Of a stretch of 64,000 nt of DNA, positions 10,903 through 22,501 are shown piece after piece. Source of the stretch: an uncultured bacterium (GTDB taxonomy: Bacteria > Zixibacteria > MSB-5A5 > CAIYYT01); assembly GCA_963726455.1 (NCBI GenBank), contig CAVSCK010000003.1, positions 640,001-704,000 on the forward strand. Reading direction: 5' to 3'. The position numbers and the translations under genes are program-made. Every line of letters starts with the position of its first letter. Position 1 is the stretch's first letter. The notes under the pieces are model-generated. The model worked only from the letters and a program-made list of their open reading frames with translations, was not told where the DNA came from and ran no database searches.

Positions 10903-11550
10903 GTGAAAACTCAGGTTGTCATAATCGGAACTATCCATCTCAGCGCATCCCTCTTTCCTCATTACGGTTCTTGGGTCCGGCAATCCGTAAAGAGATTGCA
11001 CCCCGACATAGTCTGTGTGGAACTCTCCCCTGAGCAGCTTGCAGGCGAAACAAGCATGGATTCGAAACCTGAATACTCTTCAGCCATTTTGCCGTCTGCG
11101 CGTGAAATAGGCGCAATCTTGGTTCCCATACAGCCTGTTACATCAGTAGGAGAGGAGTTTGAGCGGGTTAAGCTTGAATTTCTGGAGTACATAGCGTCCG
11201 ACAATCTTGAGCGGGAGCGGTGGGAAGTGTTCTGCCAATTAGAATCTGCCTGGCTGACGGGACTTACGGTTTGGCTGCAAGACGTACCGTCTATAATTGA
11301 TTTGCAGGACATCCGGCTAGACACGCTACTCTTTGAGCCGTGGTACTCCACGTTGTCAAGATTCTTTCCGGGCTTCGAGGCATTCTGGCGACCATGGAAT
11401 CAAGAATTACTTGGAGCTACTATCCAGGCCGTGCGAAGTCATCCTGGAAGACTCATACTCATAACAGTGGGAATGGCACACAGGTATTGGTTGCGCAAAG
11501 GTCTGCGAGCTCAGGAAGAGGTCGAGTTGCGTGATCTAAGGGAGTTTTGA
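10903..11550 (+). CDS. TraB/GumN/Tiki-like (EreA/ChaN superfamily) putative metallohydrolase
   Basis: VVIIGTIH, PDIVCVE and C-terminal LITVGMAH motifs; GTG start at 10903 (TTG at 10897 is an alternative). Confidence 0.6.
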   Translation: MKTQVVIIGTIHLSASLFPHYGSWVRQSVKRLHPDIVCVELSPEQLAGETSMDSKPEYSSAILPSAREIGAILVPIQPVTSVGEEFERVKLEFLEYIASDNLERERWEVFCQLESAWLTGLTVWLQDVPSIIDLQDIRLDTLLFEPWYSTLSRFFPGFEAFWRPWNQELLGATIQAVRSHPGRLILITVGMAHRYWLRKGLRAQEEVELRDLREF

Positions 11551-11631
11551 GCCAGCACAATCGCTTCTTGATTTACTCAGTGGAGGCGGCTTAGAAATGT
11601 GTCGGATTCTCTCGAAACAACACTCTCCCCA

Positions 11632-13053
11632 TCAAGGTTTGCTATTGATAGTCTCGTAACTTGCGCAGAAATCTATCCGCTTCTTCAGCGGCGGATGGCT
11701 GTACTCCCAGAACTCGACAAACGCCGACGGTTGCGGATTGGACAGATTCTCATTCGCCATCTTGACGAACGCCGAAATTCCGCTCGCCGGATCGTGTGTT
11801 AGGTCGAGCGCAAATCTGTCGGCATCATGTTCGATCTTGCGGGAAAAGCCGTTTATCACCGGATCCAGAAGGAACAGCATCAATCCCAACATGAGCATCA
11901 ACAACGGCAGACTGGCGATGTCCCCGACCGCTGAAAATCCGAAACTCGCTCCGAATTTCGCCATTACCCATCCGATCGTCTTGAAGACAATGAACAACAA
12001 AATCAGAAATATGACACTGAACAGCGCGATGCCGATCCAGATATGGTTGAGAACGTAGTGCCCCATCTCATGGGCCATCACAAACGCAACCTCATCAGGG
12101 GTCAACTTCTTGATCGTTGTGTCCCATAACACAATTCGCTTGGAGCCAAACAGCCCCGTCACATAGGCATTTATCTTCTGCGTCTGCGAGCTCATATCGA
12201 CTTGATAGACACGGCCGCCCGAAATTCCGGCTTTTTCCGCCATGCCGAGAATTCTGGCTGACAGCACCTGATCCTGCAGAGGTTCGAACTTGTTGAACAT
12301 CGGTTCGATGAACACCGGCAGAATTACCATGACGATTATCATGATCGGAATCGCGGCCACACCGATCCAGAGCCACCAATCACGCGCGCGCCTGCGAATG
12401 CCCCAGTAGGCGAACGTCACCAGCACCGTCAATGAAAGCGTCATTAGGTAGCTCGATTTGATCGTGTCGGCCAGCCAGTTCCCGAATGTTTGCGTCGACA
12501 GATTGAAATGGTGTTCGATCACGAAATCGCGATAGTACGACAGCGGCAGCCCCACCACTTGCAAAATCAACGTCAGTATGACGATGAAGAACACTTGCAC
12601 AGCAAGACCGCGATGCCGCCCGGCAAGCATCCCCACGACGCCCCAGGCGACTGCTATGAAAATCCCCCCCGCCCCTACCGGCTGCTTGTCGGTCGCGCTC
12701 ATGAATGCCAACAGCAACGCAATCAGCAGCGCCAGACCTCCTCCGAGCCACATCGGCGCCGATTGTTGGTGCAATTTGTCCGTCAGCTTCTCGGAGACGC
12801 TCCGTATTCTGCGCGAAAAACCAAACCAGAGAATACCCGCCAACACCAGCAGACTAAACGCAGTCGAGAAGAAATACCAACCGTCCCTGAAGTTCGAAAA
12901 TATAATTGCCTGCTCGACCTTGTCGGGTGTCAGCACCGACGTAATCTCGCCTGGAACTGTGCTCAGGTCGACGCTCTTGTCAATCCCGATCGTGCTGATG
13001 CCAAAGATCAGAAACAGCAGCATCAAAAGTACTGGCCAAATAACCTTCTTCAT
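11632..13053 (-). CDS. M48 (Ste24/HtpX-like) membrane zinc metallopeptidase
   Basis: NAYVTG, AHEMGH, EHDADRFA and SHPPL..RI; multiple TM helices. Confidence 0.92.
   Translation of the reverse strand: MKKVIWPVLLMLLFLIFGISTIGIDKSVDLSTVPGEITSVLTPDKVEQAIIFSNFRDGWYFFSTAFSLLVLAGILWFGFSRRIRSVSEKLTDKLHQQSAPMWLGGGLALLIALLLAFMSATDKQPVGAGGIFIAVAWGVVGMLAGRHRGLAVQVFFIVILTLILQVVGLPLSYYRDFVIEHHFNLSTQTFGNWLADTIKSSYLMTLSLTVLVTFAYWGIRRRARDWWLWIGVAAIPIMIIVMVILPVFIEPMFNKFEPLQDQVLSARILGMAEKAGISGGRVYQVDMSSQTQKINAYVTGLFGSKRIVLWDTTIKKLTPDEVAFVMAHEMGHYVLNHIWIGIALFSVIFLILLFIVFKTIGWVMAKFGASFGFSAVGDIASLPLLMLMLGLMLFLLDPVINGFSRKIEHDADRFALDLTHDPASGISAFVKMANENLSNPQPSAFVEFWEYSHPPLKKRIDFCASYETINSKP
11655..11729. repeat. Direct repeat copy 2 (75 bp), inside the 3' end of the M48 peptidase gene
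   Basis: 73/75 identical to 8952-9026. Confidence 0.93.
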
Positions 13054-13219
13054 ACAATATCCTCGATTCGCATTTTCGCGCCTTTTCGCATATCTAAACT
13101 ACGCATTGAAACCGCTCGCCGCAAGAATCCGTGTGCCCGCCGCGTAGTATTTTCGTCCAGGAACGTTTGCGCGTGCAATGCGTTAAAACGTGCGTATCTT
13201 ACTTTTGGAGGTATGCGAC

Positions 13220-15664
13220 TTGACCAATCACAACACGACCATTACTGACAAGGGGATTCGCCGTGTAACAGTGCCGATTGCGGGAATGACCTGCGCCGGC
13301 TGCGTGGCGCGCGTCGAAAGCGTGCTGAATAACATTGACGGCGTCGCCGAGAGTCGGGCCAACCTTGCCAACCATCAGGTCAGCATCGCGTACAATCCAA
13401 ATCGCGTCGATATTTCCAAGATCGCTCACGAAATGGAAATCGTCGGCTATCCGATTAGTTTCCAGGAGACCCATATTAACATTACCGGCATGCACTGTGC
13501 CTCTTGTGTCCTCAACGTCGAAAAGCACATCTCCTCCATCGCCGGAGTGGCCGAAGTCGAAATCAACTTTGCCGCCGGTACCGGGGTAATCAAACATGTT
13601 GACGTCGATGATCTGCCCGGGCAATTACAGACGTTGTTCGCCGGTAGCGGCTACGATGTCGCCGTCGAAGGAGAAACGTCACAGGCAATTGACCCGCTGC
13701 TCGTCGAGATCAACCAACTCAAGCGCCCGCTTATCTTCAGTATATTTGCGTCCGTCATCGCCCTGGCAATCATGATTGGTGATTATGTTCATTTCGCCGG
13801 CATTGATATGGCAAGCTCGGCCTACATCCAGTTCGCCTTGGCTACGGCGGTCTATTTCTGGGGCGGGCTGAGATTCCACAAAGGCCTCTGGCATTCTATC
13901 AAACGGCGCTCCGCCGACATGGACACTTTGATTTCGCTCGGCACTTCGGCTGCGTACTGGTACAGTGTGATCATGCTTTTCGCCCCCAGCTTCTTCCACA
14001 GTGCCGGCGAGATGCCCGAATACTACTTCGACAGCGCCATTATGATCATCGCGCTAATCTTGCTGGGACGGTATATCGAGACCCGTGCCAAGTCACGAAG
14101 CTCCTCGGCGATCACCGGGCTCTTGAAGGCGCGTCCTGATAAGGCCTCCGTAATACGAGACGAAGTTGAGACATCTGTCGCTTCAATGTCACTTGCACCC
14201 GGTGATATCGTCCGCGTTCGTCCCGGTGAGCGCGTGCCTGCAGACGGAAAGATCATCAAAGGCAGCGGTTCCGTCGATGAATCCATGTTAACCGGCGAAG
14301 CCCTCCCTGTCGAAAAAGAGATCGGCAGTGAAGTGACCGGCGGCACGATTAACGTCAGTGGCAGTTTCGACTTTGAGGTCACCAGTTCACAGAAAGACTC
14401 GCGACTCTCCAAAATTGCCGACATGGTTTCGGCGGCGCTCAGCTCCAAGCCGGCTATTCAAAAGATGGTTGATCGTATCGCCTCCGTTTTTGTTCCGATC
14501 GTTATTGGTCTCGCAATTCTCACCCTGGCCGTCTGGCTTATTGTAGGCGCACAATTCGCCTTCGCCCTCAAGAGTTTCATCGCCATCATGATCATTGCCT
14601 GCCCATGCGCACTTGGGCTGGCTACACCGATGGCGGTAATGGTCGGTGTCGGCAAGGCCGCATCACTCGGAATTTTGTTCAAGAGTGGCGACACGTTCGA
14701 GCAGATCGCCGGATTGAAAACGCTCTTCTTCGACAAGACCGGCACGCTTACTCAGGGACGATTCGAAGTCGTGGAAGTTAAGCCGTTCGGCAATGCTGAC
14801 ACATCATTCCTCCGCCTAGCCGGAGCGGTCGAGAAACTCTCCGAACATCCACTTGCCAAGGCCGTGGTCTCTTACGCCGAATCTCAACAGGTAGCTCTTC
14901 CTCAGTGCGATGACTTCATGTCGCTCGCCGGAGCTGGCGCCTCCGGTATTGTGGAAGGCAAGAATATCCTGCTGGGCACTCTGAAATTGATGCAGGCGCG
15001 CAAAGTCGACATAACCGCACTCGGGCCGGAATCCGCAATCAAGAACAATGACGGTCGAACTTTGATCTACGTGGCAGTCACCGGAATTCTGAACGGCTAC
15101 ATCGCACTCGCAGATACAGTCAAACCCGAAGCTGCGAGTACGATTTCGCAAGTTCGAGCGCTTGGTATCGATCCCGCCATCATCACCGGCGACAGCATGT
15201 CAGCCGCCCGGCGGGTCGGAAACGAACTGGGGATTGATCAGATCAGCGCCGAGTTACTGCCGCAACAAAAACTGACCGCCATTCGCGAACGCAAAGCTTC
15301 GGGCGAAAGAGTCGGCATGGTCGGCGATGGCATTAACGATGCGCCGGCACTCGCGCTCGCCGATGTCGGTATCGCTTTATCCTCAGGCACCGAAATCGCC
15401 GTTGAGTCGGCGTCGGTCACCCTGACCGGCCACCAAATCGACCGCGTGCCGACCGTGATTCGGTTGGCGCGCGCAACTCTGCGCAACATCAGGCAGAATC
15501 TTTTCTGGGCGTTCTTCTATAACGTCGCCGCCATTCCACTAGCTGCAGGATTGTTCTACCCCCTCTATCACGTTCAATTGTCGCCGATCATCGCCGCCGG
15601 GGCGATGTCTTTCTCTTCGCTGTTTGTCGTGATGAATGCGCTGCGATTGCGCCGATTTCGCTAG
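13220..15664 (+). CDS. copA: Cu(I)-exporting P1B-type ATPase
   Basis: Two HMA domains (GMTCAGC, GMHCASC), [30 protein letters not shown] and FYN; probable TTG start after GGAGG. Confidence 0.93.
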   Translation: MTNHNTTITDKGIRRVTVPIAGMTCAGCVARVESVLNNIDGVAESRANLANHQVSIAYNPNRVDISKIAHEMEIVGYPISFQETHINITGMHCASCVLNVEKHISSIAGVAEVEINFAAGTGVIKHVDVDDLPGQLQTLFAGSGYDVAVEGETSQAIDPLLVEINQLKRPLIFSIFASVIALAIMIGDYVHFAGIDMASSAYIQFALATAVYFWGGLRFHKGLWHSIKRRSADMDTLISLGTSAAYWYSVIMLFAPSFFHSAGEMPEYYFDSAIMIIALILLGRYIETRAKSRSSSAITGLLKARPDKASVIRDEVETSVASMSLAPGDIVRVRPGERVPADGKIIKGSGSVDESMLTGEALPVEKEIGSEVTGGTINVSGSFDFEVTSSQKDSRLSKIADMVSAALSSKPAIQKMVDRIASVFVPIVIGLAILTLAVWLIVGAQFAFALKSFIAIMIIACPCALGLATPMAVMVGVGKAASLGILFKSGDTFEQIAGLKTLFFDKTGTLTQGRFEVVEVKPFGNADTSFLRLAGAVEKLSEHPLAKAVVSYAESQQVALPQCDDFMSLAGAGASGIVEGKNILLGTLKLMQARKVDITALGPESAIKNNDGRTLIYVAVTGILNGYIALADTVKPEAASTISQVRALGIDPAIITGDSMSAARRVGNELGIDQISAELLPQQKLTAIRERKASGERVGMVGDGINDAPALALADVGIALSSGTEIAVESASVTLTGHQIDRVPTVIRLARATLRNIRQNLFWAFFYNVAAIPLAAGLFYPLYHVQLSPIIAAGAMSFSSLFVVMNALRLRRFR

Positions 15665-15674
15665 TGGAAGGTAA

Positions 15675-16946
15675 CTAAACTTTATTGGTGTGATGCAGCG
15701 TGATTCTGACCTTCTCGATACGCTGCCCCGAAACTTCCTCGACTACATAATCAATTCCATCGACACTGACTCGCTGGCCCACCTGTGGCAGTGAACCGAC
15801 CAGGTCGTAGATGTAGCCGCCGACGGTTTCGAAATCCTTTTCCTCAAGATTAAGATTCAGCTTCTCGGAAAGATTCTCCATCGATAGGTTGGCAGACACG
15901 ATATATTCCCTCTCGGACACCTGAACCACATCAGTTTCCTCAACATCATGTTCATCCTGAATATCGCCAACTATCAGTTCGAGCAAGTCTTCGAGTGTCA
16001 CCAATCCCGCCGTGCCGCCGTACTCATCGACAACTATGGCAATGTGAATCTTCTTCGACCGAAATTCCTGCAACAGACTGTCGAGTTGCTTCGATTCGGG
16101 GACGAAGTACGCCTGCCGAGCCAGCAGCGTCAGATCAGCTTCGGTATCAGCAATTGGAAACTTCTGGAACAGATCTTTGACGTATAGCACGCCTTTAATG
16201 TTGTCCAGATCGTCGTCATAAATCGGATAGCGCGAATGGCCGGTTTCGCTCAAGAGTCTTTGTACGTCGGCCAAAGTCGCACCTTTTTCCAGCGCCACTA
16301 TTTTGATTCGCGGCACCATTACTTCGCGAACTTCTGAATCGGCGAGATCAAATATGTTGCCGATCATTTCCTTGACGCCATCTTCCATCAGTGGTTCGTC
16401 GATACCGGCTGAATCGGCCAGCGATTCTATCGCGCGCTCGACGATTTCTTCTTTCTTCTCTTCCAGATCCTTCTTGTCGATCATCCTTTCCTTCTGGGGC
16501 ATCAGGAAAATGACCAGCGGACTTGTCACAAGCATGATCAGCCGCACCAGCCACCAGCGCGACTGCACGACCATAAGCGCTTTCTCTTGCTTGACATTAG
16601 GCGCAAACACCTCGATCAACGACAGAAAGATGAACCAGCCGAACAGCATCAATATGACCTGCAGCGTAAATCTGCGGATGACCGGCAATTCCAAATGCTG
16701 CGCCAGCAGGAACCAGCCGATCGTCGTCAAGATCAGCGCCGCCGACTGCACTACCGTGGCGGTGGCAGCAACGCGACGCGGATTCTTTAGCAGGTACGTG
16801 AGGTATTCTTTCTTGCGGTGCGACAACGAGTTGATGAATTTCTCTTCGTCGTGATCGGACAGATACAGACCGCCCGCCGTGATACTTAGCAGGTAGGAGA
16901 TATAGTATGCCAATCCGATGGCAACCAGCAACGCCAGTTCAATCAT
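15675..16946 (-). CDS. Hemolysin/CorC (CNNM-like) CBS-domain membrane protein
   Basis: VREVMVPR, HSRYPIY, VVDEYGGTAGLVTLEDLLE and C-terminal ETVGG. Confidence 0.88.
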   Translation of the reverse strand: MIELALLVAIGLAYYISYLLSITAGGLYLSDHDEEKFINSLSHRKKEYLTYLLKNPRRVAATATVVQSAALILTTIGWFLLAQHLELPVIRRFTLQVILMLFGWFIFLSLIEVFAPNVKQEKALMVVQSRWWLVRLIMLVTSPLVIFLMPQKERMIDKKDLEEKKEEIVERAIESLADSAGIDEPLMEDGVKEMIGNIFDLADSEVREVMVPRIKIVALEKGATLADVQRLLSETGHSRYPIYDDDLDNIKGVLYVKDLFQKFPIADTEADLTLLARQAYFVPESKQLDSLLQEFRSKKIHIAIVVDEYGGTAGLVTLEDLLELIVGDIQDEHDVEETDVVQVSEREYIVSANLSMENLSEKLNLNLEEKDFETVGGYIYDLVGSLPQVGQRVSVDGIDYVVEEVSGQRIEKVRITLHHTNKV

Positions 16947-17374
16947 CGTTTCCTGCTCTTTTCCAATTTGCTGAGGTATTGATCCTCCAACCGGTTCATA
17001 TACGAACGTGCCCTGGCGTTCGCATGGTGAATCCCGCACAGATGCAAGAGTCCGTGCGAGACAAGTTGCAGGATTTCCTGGTTTACTGTTCGTCCGAAGC
17101 GTGTGGCATTTCGCGCCGCTTCGTTCACGGAAATATAGATCTCACCGAGCAGAGGGTCAGCGTCTTCCTCCATCGCAAACGACAACACGTCGGTAGTCCT
17201 GTCTTTGCGGCGGAATTTATGATTCAGTTGCCGCATCGTCGTATCTTCAACCAGCACCAGATTCACAGTTCGCGATTCTTTCTGCGACCGCAAAATAATC
17301 TCCGCTAACTTTGTCATGCGCGATCTCGGCACGCGATAACCGGCGACGCTGTTGAACAATCTCACCTGCGTCAT
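16943..17374 (-). CDS. ybeY: rRNA maturation endoribonuclease YbeY
   Basis: TDVLSF, LGEIYIS and HGLLHLCGIHH. Confidence 0.92.
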   Translation of the reverse strand: MTQVRLFNSVAGYRVPRSRMTKLAEIILRSQKESRTVNLVLVEDTTMRQLNHKFRRKDRTTDVLSFAMEEDADPLLGEIYISVNEAARNATRFGRTVNQEILQLVSHGLLHLCGIHHANARARSYMNRLEDQYLSKLEKSRKR

Positions 17375-19622
17375 CAACCGGCGACCTCTTGCTCGGGCTG
17401 AGGATAGTCAATGCGATTGTGAAATGCGCCGATCAACACCATCACGAACGCGTCTTCGATCTTCTGCAAATCCGCCAGGGTCAGCGTCGATTCGGAAAGC
17501 TGCTCGGCTTGATATTTGTCATTGATGATGCGTTTGATCAGACTACGAATGCGCGACGGTTTGGGATCATCCAGTGTGCGTGAGGCCGCCTCGACCGAAT
17601 CGGCGATCATCAGGATCGCGGTTTCTTTCGATCGCGGCTTCGGCCCCGGATAGCGGAACTCCGCCTCCGACATGTCGCCGTTGAGGTTCTGCTCCTTGGC
17701 CTTGTTATAGAAGTAACTTATCAGCGACGTGCCATGATGCTCTTCAATGAACTCGATGATCCGATCCGGCAGGTCGTATTCTTCGGCCATCTCACGTCCT
17801 CGCTTGATGTGCGACACAATTACTAAGCGCCGACATCGACGGCGCCAATTCATCATGCTTGCTCTTGACTCCGAACTGATTCTCGACGAAGTATTCGGAG
17901 ATTTCCATCTTCCCGATGTCGTGATAATACGTCCCGACTCTGGCCAGCAGCGGATTGGCGCCGATCGCCTTGGCGGCCGCTTCGGTCAGACTGAACTCAG
18001 CACCAGCGAATGATGATAAGTGCCCGGAGCTTCAATCGCCAGCCGTTTCAGCAAGCGGATGATTCAGGTCGGACAGTTCCAAAAGCGTAATATTCGTCGT
18101 GAACGAGAAAAATGATTCGAACAACGGCAGCAGCGCCATGGCAATGAAGGTCGAGCCGACGGCATTGACAACACCATAGCCGCATTGCCTCATAACCAGA
18201 TTAGTGCTCTGATAGCTTCAGCGATCTCCAACAGCAAATTACTCGACAGCCAGCGCAATCGACAGATGACAGCGCACAGCGATAAAAGTCCGTTCGTTTC
18301 TGTACGACTCGCATCGCTACTGCCGCCATAACTCCGGCGATAATCGCCCGAAAACCGGTCTCAAAATCGAATTCAAATACGATGCCAAGCAGCAGCGCCA
18401 CCGCCACCGTTGTTAAAGTCGCCACCTGCAAATCATAGAGTATCGCCACGAGAATAATGCCCGCGGCAATCGGAATCAGGGTCGTACGGCAGATGCCCCT
18501 GCTCGGTGACCAGATATGCCGCCAGCATTACCATCATGATGATCAACAGCAGCGGCACTATGCGGCTGAAACAGAATTCACTTCTGGGTCGCAGATGATA
18601 CAGAGCATAGAGAAAGCTGAAGAATACGAACGACACGAACGCGACGCGCGCCACTATCGGCAACAGGAACTGCCAGGCGCCTTTTTCGGTACCGAGTGTC
18701 GAGCGATACTGAGCCATTGCCGTCAGCCATTCGATGTGAGTCCGGTGATCGGCTCATTGCGCGCCACCATTCGCTGTCCCGCTTTGATAATCAGCTTTTC
18801 CCGCGGAATCGCCGCCAGCGTCTTCTCGCGGCGCTGCTCCGTCTCCGTCAGGGAGAAAACGTCAGATTTGGCAGCCAGAAACTCGCTGCGCGATGGCATA
18901 CAGATCGTGGACATCATCAATGAAGTCTCCCGAATGAATCTGAATGTCATCCAGCAATCGTTGTCGCGCCGCTGCAAACTCAGCACCTGATCGGCAGCAT
19001 AGACTGCTTCCTTGCTCGGGTGAACCACCACTACCTCGTGATAATTCGATGGAACAACGCTGTCGGCGCGGGCAATTCCCACGATGTAACGATCCCTCAG
19101 TGCATTATCAATCACCATCTTTCGGTTAGACAAGACTGTCCCAGCCGGCCAGCTTCATCAGCACTTCAAGTTTGATCTGCGGGAAGAAGAGTCGCAACCG
19201 ATCGGCGACGCGACTGCGATTGCCGATGACTGATTTCAGACTATCGGTCAGATAAAACAATCGATCGATCGACCGAAGAACGAGTATCGACCATATCTTC
19301 TGATTGTATAACAGTACCGCCGGCAATGCCGCCAGCACTGCTGCGCGTCTCGTTGTCCAGTTCGGCCTGGCTCTTGTAAACCGGAAAATCAAACGGCGCA
19401 ATGACATCCTCAGTGGCAACTTCGCCGACATCCGGCGTCGAAATCGGCGCAAACAATTGTGCCATCGGGAACAGAAACGACGAAAACAGAATCGCAAAGA
19501 TGACGACCACATCCCATCCAGAATCGGTTGTAGCTCGGTTTGTCCTGCTCCAGTCGACGCGCGCTGTACTTGCGGACCCGCCGTCTGATCGCCCTCTTGA
19601 TATTGCGTAGCAATTCGTACAT
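17374..19622 (-). CDS. 7TM-HD family phosphohydrolase (PgpH/YqfF-like), multiple frameshifts
   Basis: [32 protein letters not shown] and ADSVEAASR in shifting frames; classic position between phoH and ybeY. Confidence 0.82.
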
Positions 19623-19625
19623 CGG

Positions 19626-20592
19626 CTACCGTCGCCCCTCTTCGTAACGCTCAAACGCGCGAATAATATCCTTTGACCAGCCGATGTCGCACGACATCCT
19701 TGTCGCGTCAGGTAACAGAACTTGATCTCCGGTATATTCCGCAGGATCTTCTGAATCGCGATCAGTCCCGACAGCCGTTTGCGGTCAAGATCGATCTGCG
19801 TGACGTCTCCCGTAATGACCGCCTTGGATCCCTCGCCGATGCGCGTGAGGAACATCTTCATCTGCGGCACCGTCGTGTTTTGCGCTTCGTCAAGAATGAC
19901 GAATGAGTTGTTCAGCGTCCGACCGCGCATAAACGCCAACGGCACGATTTCGATTACACCCAGTTCCATCAGCTTCTTGATCTTGTCGGCCGGCAACATA
20001 TCATGCAGCGCATCATAAACCGGCCGCAAGTATGGATCGACTTTGGCGCGAATGTCACCCGGCAGGAATCCGAGCGATTCGCCTGCTTCTACCGCCGGCC
20101 GCACCAGGATGATGCGATTGTAATAGCTTTGTTCTTCAGTCCGGCAACTGCCTCGGCAACTGCCAGATAGGTCTTGCCGGTACCGGCCGGCCCGATGCCG
20201 AAGACGATATCGATATTTCTCGATCGCCTCAATGTATGCCTTCTGCCCTACCGTCTTGCGGCCGGACATCCAGCTTGACGACCGTCGACAGCTCGGATGA
20301 CAATTCCAACTCTGTCGCCGGTCCGCGACCTGATTCCTTGATGAACGAAATCGCATAAGGACAGATACTGCTCGGAGATTTCACCGTGCAGTCGCAACCG
20401 CTCGAACAGGTCATAGAACAACGTTTCGACCAGCGCCGATTCGTCGCCGGTAATCAAGATTGTGTCGCCGCGCGCTACAATCTGCGCATCGAAGCTGGAC
20501 TCTATGCTTTTGAGGAGATTGTGGTTGCTGCCGAATAAGAGTCGCGGGTCAATATTCTTGAGTTCGATCTTTTTGCTGTTTTGATCACTCAA
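19626..20592 (-). CDS. phoH: PhoH-family ATPase (frameshifted)
   Basis: [31 protein letters not shown] and TGDVTQIDL. Confidence 0.9.
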
Positions 20593-20609
20593 TTAGTTGT
20601 GTCGACACC

Positions 20610-22501
20610 TCATCTTAAGAAACAAGCGGCACGAGTCAACGTGCCGCGATACATCAAAGCTAAGACAGTTACTTCGCTCTTGTCAATATTTATCGACAAA
20701 TGCAGCTCCGCCAATTGCCCCGGTTCGATCTCTGTGGGCGAACCGTCCATAAGCGATTGTGCGGCAGTGGTTTTCGGGAACGCGATTACGTCACGGATCG
20801 AATCCGAATCGGTCAAAATCGACATGATTCGGTCAAGTCCGAGCGCAATTCCGCCGTGTGGCGGTGCGCCGTACTTTAGCGCCGTCAGCAGAAATCCAAA
20901 CATTCGTTCGGCGCGGGCATCGTCCATACCCAGAATGTTGAGGATTTTCTTCTGCATATCGGAACGATGATTGCGGATTCCACCTGATGCCAACTCAAAT
21001 CCGTTGCAGACCAGATCGTATTGATTGGCGCGCACCTTCGCCCACGGATGTTCGGGATCGGAATTGGCGAGCTTGCTCGTGAAACCGGCCTCCAGTAATT
21101 CGACGATCGGTCTCCTTCGGTGAAGTGACGATATTGTGCATCGCGTCAAAACGATCGCGTCTCCGGATGATACTCAAATAGCGGGAATTCGCGTCACCCA
21201 CAGAAATGCCCATTTCGACTTGTCAATCAGTCCGAATTTCTTGCCGCAGTATGATCGCACCCGACCGAGTATTCCTTCGGTAGCGAGTTTCTTGCCGGCA
21301 GCCAACAAGAGCAGATCGCCCTTCTTGATGCTGCCGGTTTCGCGCAGGCGAGAGATGTTGCATCATCAAGGAACTTCTTGATGGACGATCTGATCTTCGT
21401 CGCCAAACGCCACCCATGCCAATCCAGACGCTCCGGCAAGTTTGGCTTCCTGCTCGATCTCGTCAAGCTGTTTACGCGACAACCCGGCCTGACCGACGGC
21501 CACCAGCCCCTTGATCACGCCCCCGATCTGGCGGCCTCGGCAAATGGCTTGAATTCGCTCGTTGCCAACACGCCGAGTGAAATCTATCAGCTTCATTTCA
21601 AAGCGGAGGTCAGGTTTGTCGGAACCGTAGTTGCTCATGATCTCTTGATACGGATGGCTGCGGAAACGGAGTCGGCAACCGTAACCCCCAGGACTTTCTT
21701 GAGCATATGTGCCATCATCCCCTCGACCACCGTGAATACGTCATCCTGGGTAACAAATGACATCTCGATATCGATTTGAGTATGCTCCGGTTGACGGTCA
21801 GCGCGCAGGTCCTCGTCGCGCAGGCAGCGGGCAAGCTGATAGTAGCGGTCAAACCCGGAGATCATCAGAATCTGTTTGAACAATTGCGGTGATTGCGGCA
21901 GTGCATAGAACTTTCCCGGATGCACGCGCGACGGTACCACATAGTCACGCGCGCCTTCCGGAGTCGAACGCATCATCAGCGGCGTTTCGATTTCGAGGAA
22001 CTTCTGCCTGTCAAGATACTCCCGAACCGCCCCGGCGACATGATGACGCATAATGATCTTGTCCTTGAGCACCTTCCGCCGCAAGTCCAGATAGCGATAG
22101 GTCAGTCGCAGATCTTCGCTGGCCGTGGTTTCATCTTCGATTTCAAACGGTGGCGTCTCGGATTCGGCCAGCACCTCGAAATCATGTGCCTCGACTTCAA
22201 TCTCGCCGGTCTTCATATTCTTGTTGATCATTCCGTCGGGACGGCGGTTCACTTTGCCGGTGACACTGATCACGAACTCGGCGCGCAGATGCGCTGCGAT
22301 TTCCATCTTTTCGGGCGCAAAATTCTCGGGATGAAAAACCACTTGGGTAATGCCATAACGATCGCGCAAGTCGACAAACAAAATGCCGCCATGATTGCGA
22401 TAACGTTTGACCCATCCGTTAAGTGTGACCGTCTGGTCTGCCTGCGCGGCATTCAATTCACCGCAAGTATGTGTGCGACGCAATTGCGAAAAAGGTCTCA
22501 T
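20610..22501 (-). CDS. aspS: Aspartate--tRNA ligase (several apparent frameshifts; 3' end approximate)
   Basis: [56 protein letters not shown] and [12 protein letters not shown]. Confidence 0.95.

Larger units (their letters stand above)
9027..11654. mobile_element. Putative integrated genomic islet (radical SAM, peptide, TraB-like cassette); no integrase visible
   Basis: Flanked by a 75-bp duplication of a host gene 3' end; has its own promoter and an accessory gene set. Confidence 0.65.

Noticed and set aside
11632-13053. M48 peptidase as a dedicated processing enzyme for the RiPP
   Set aside because: It is convergent with the cassette and appears to be the host integration target. The peptide ends CCVRVT, which is not a CAAX box. 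A role is not excluded but is unsupported.
17374-22501. Many frameshifts in aspS, phoH and the 7TM-HD gene (also nifS-selD, the M28 peptidase, yfhO-like and ilvC-like genes), suggesting pseudogenes or programmed frameshifting
   Set aside because: They cluster regionally, hit an essential gene (aspS) and leave the motifs intact. Sequencing or assembly indels are the simplest explanation; this needs read-level confirmation.
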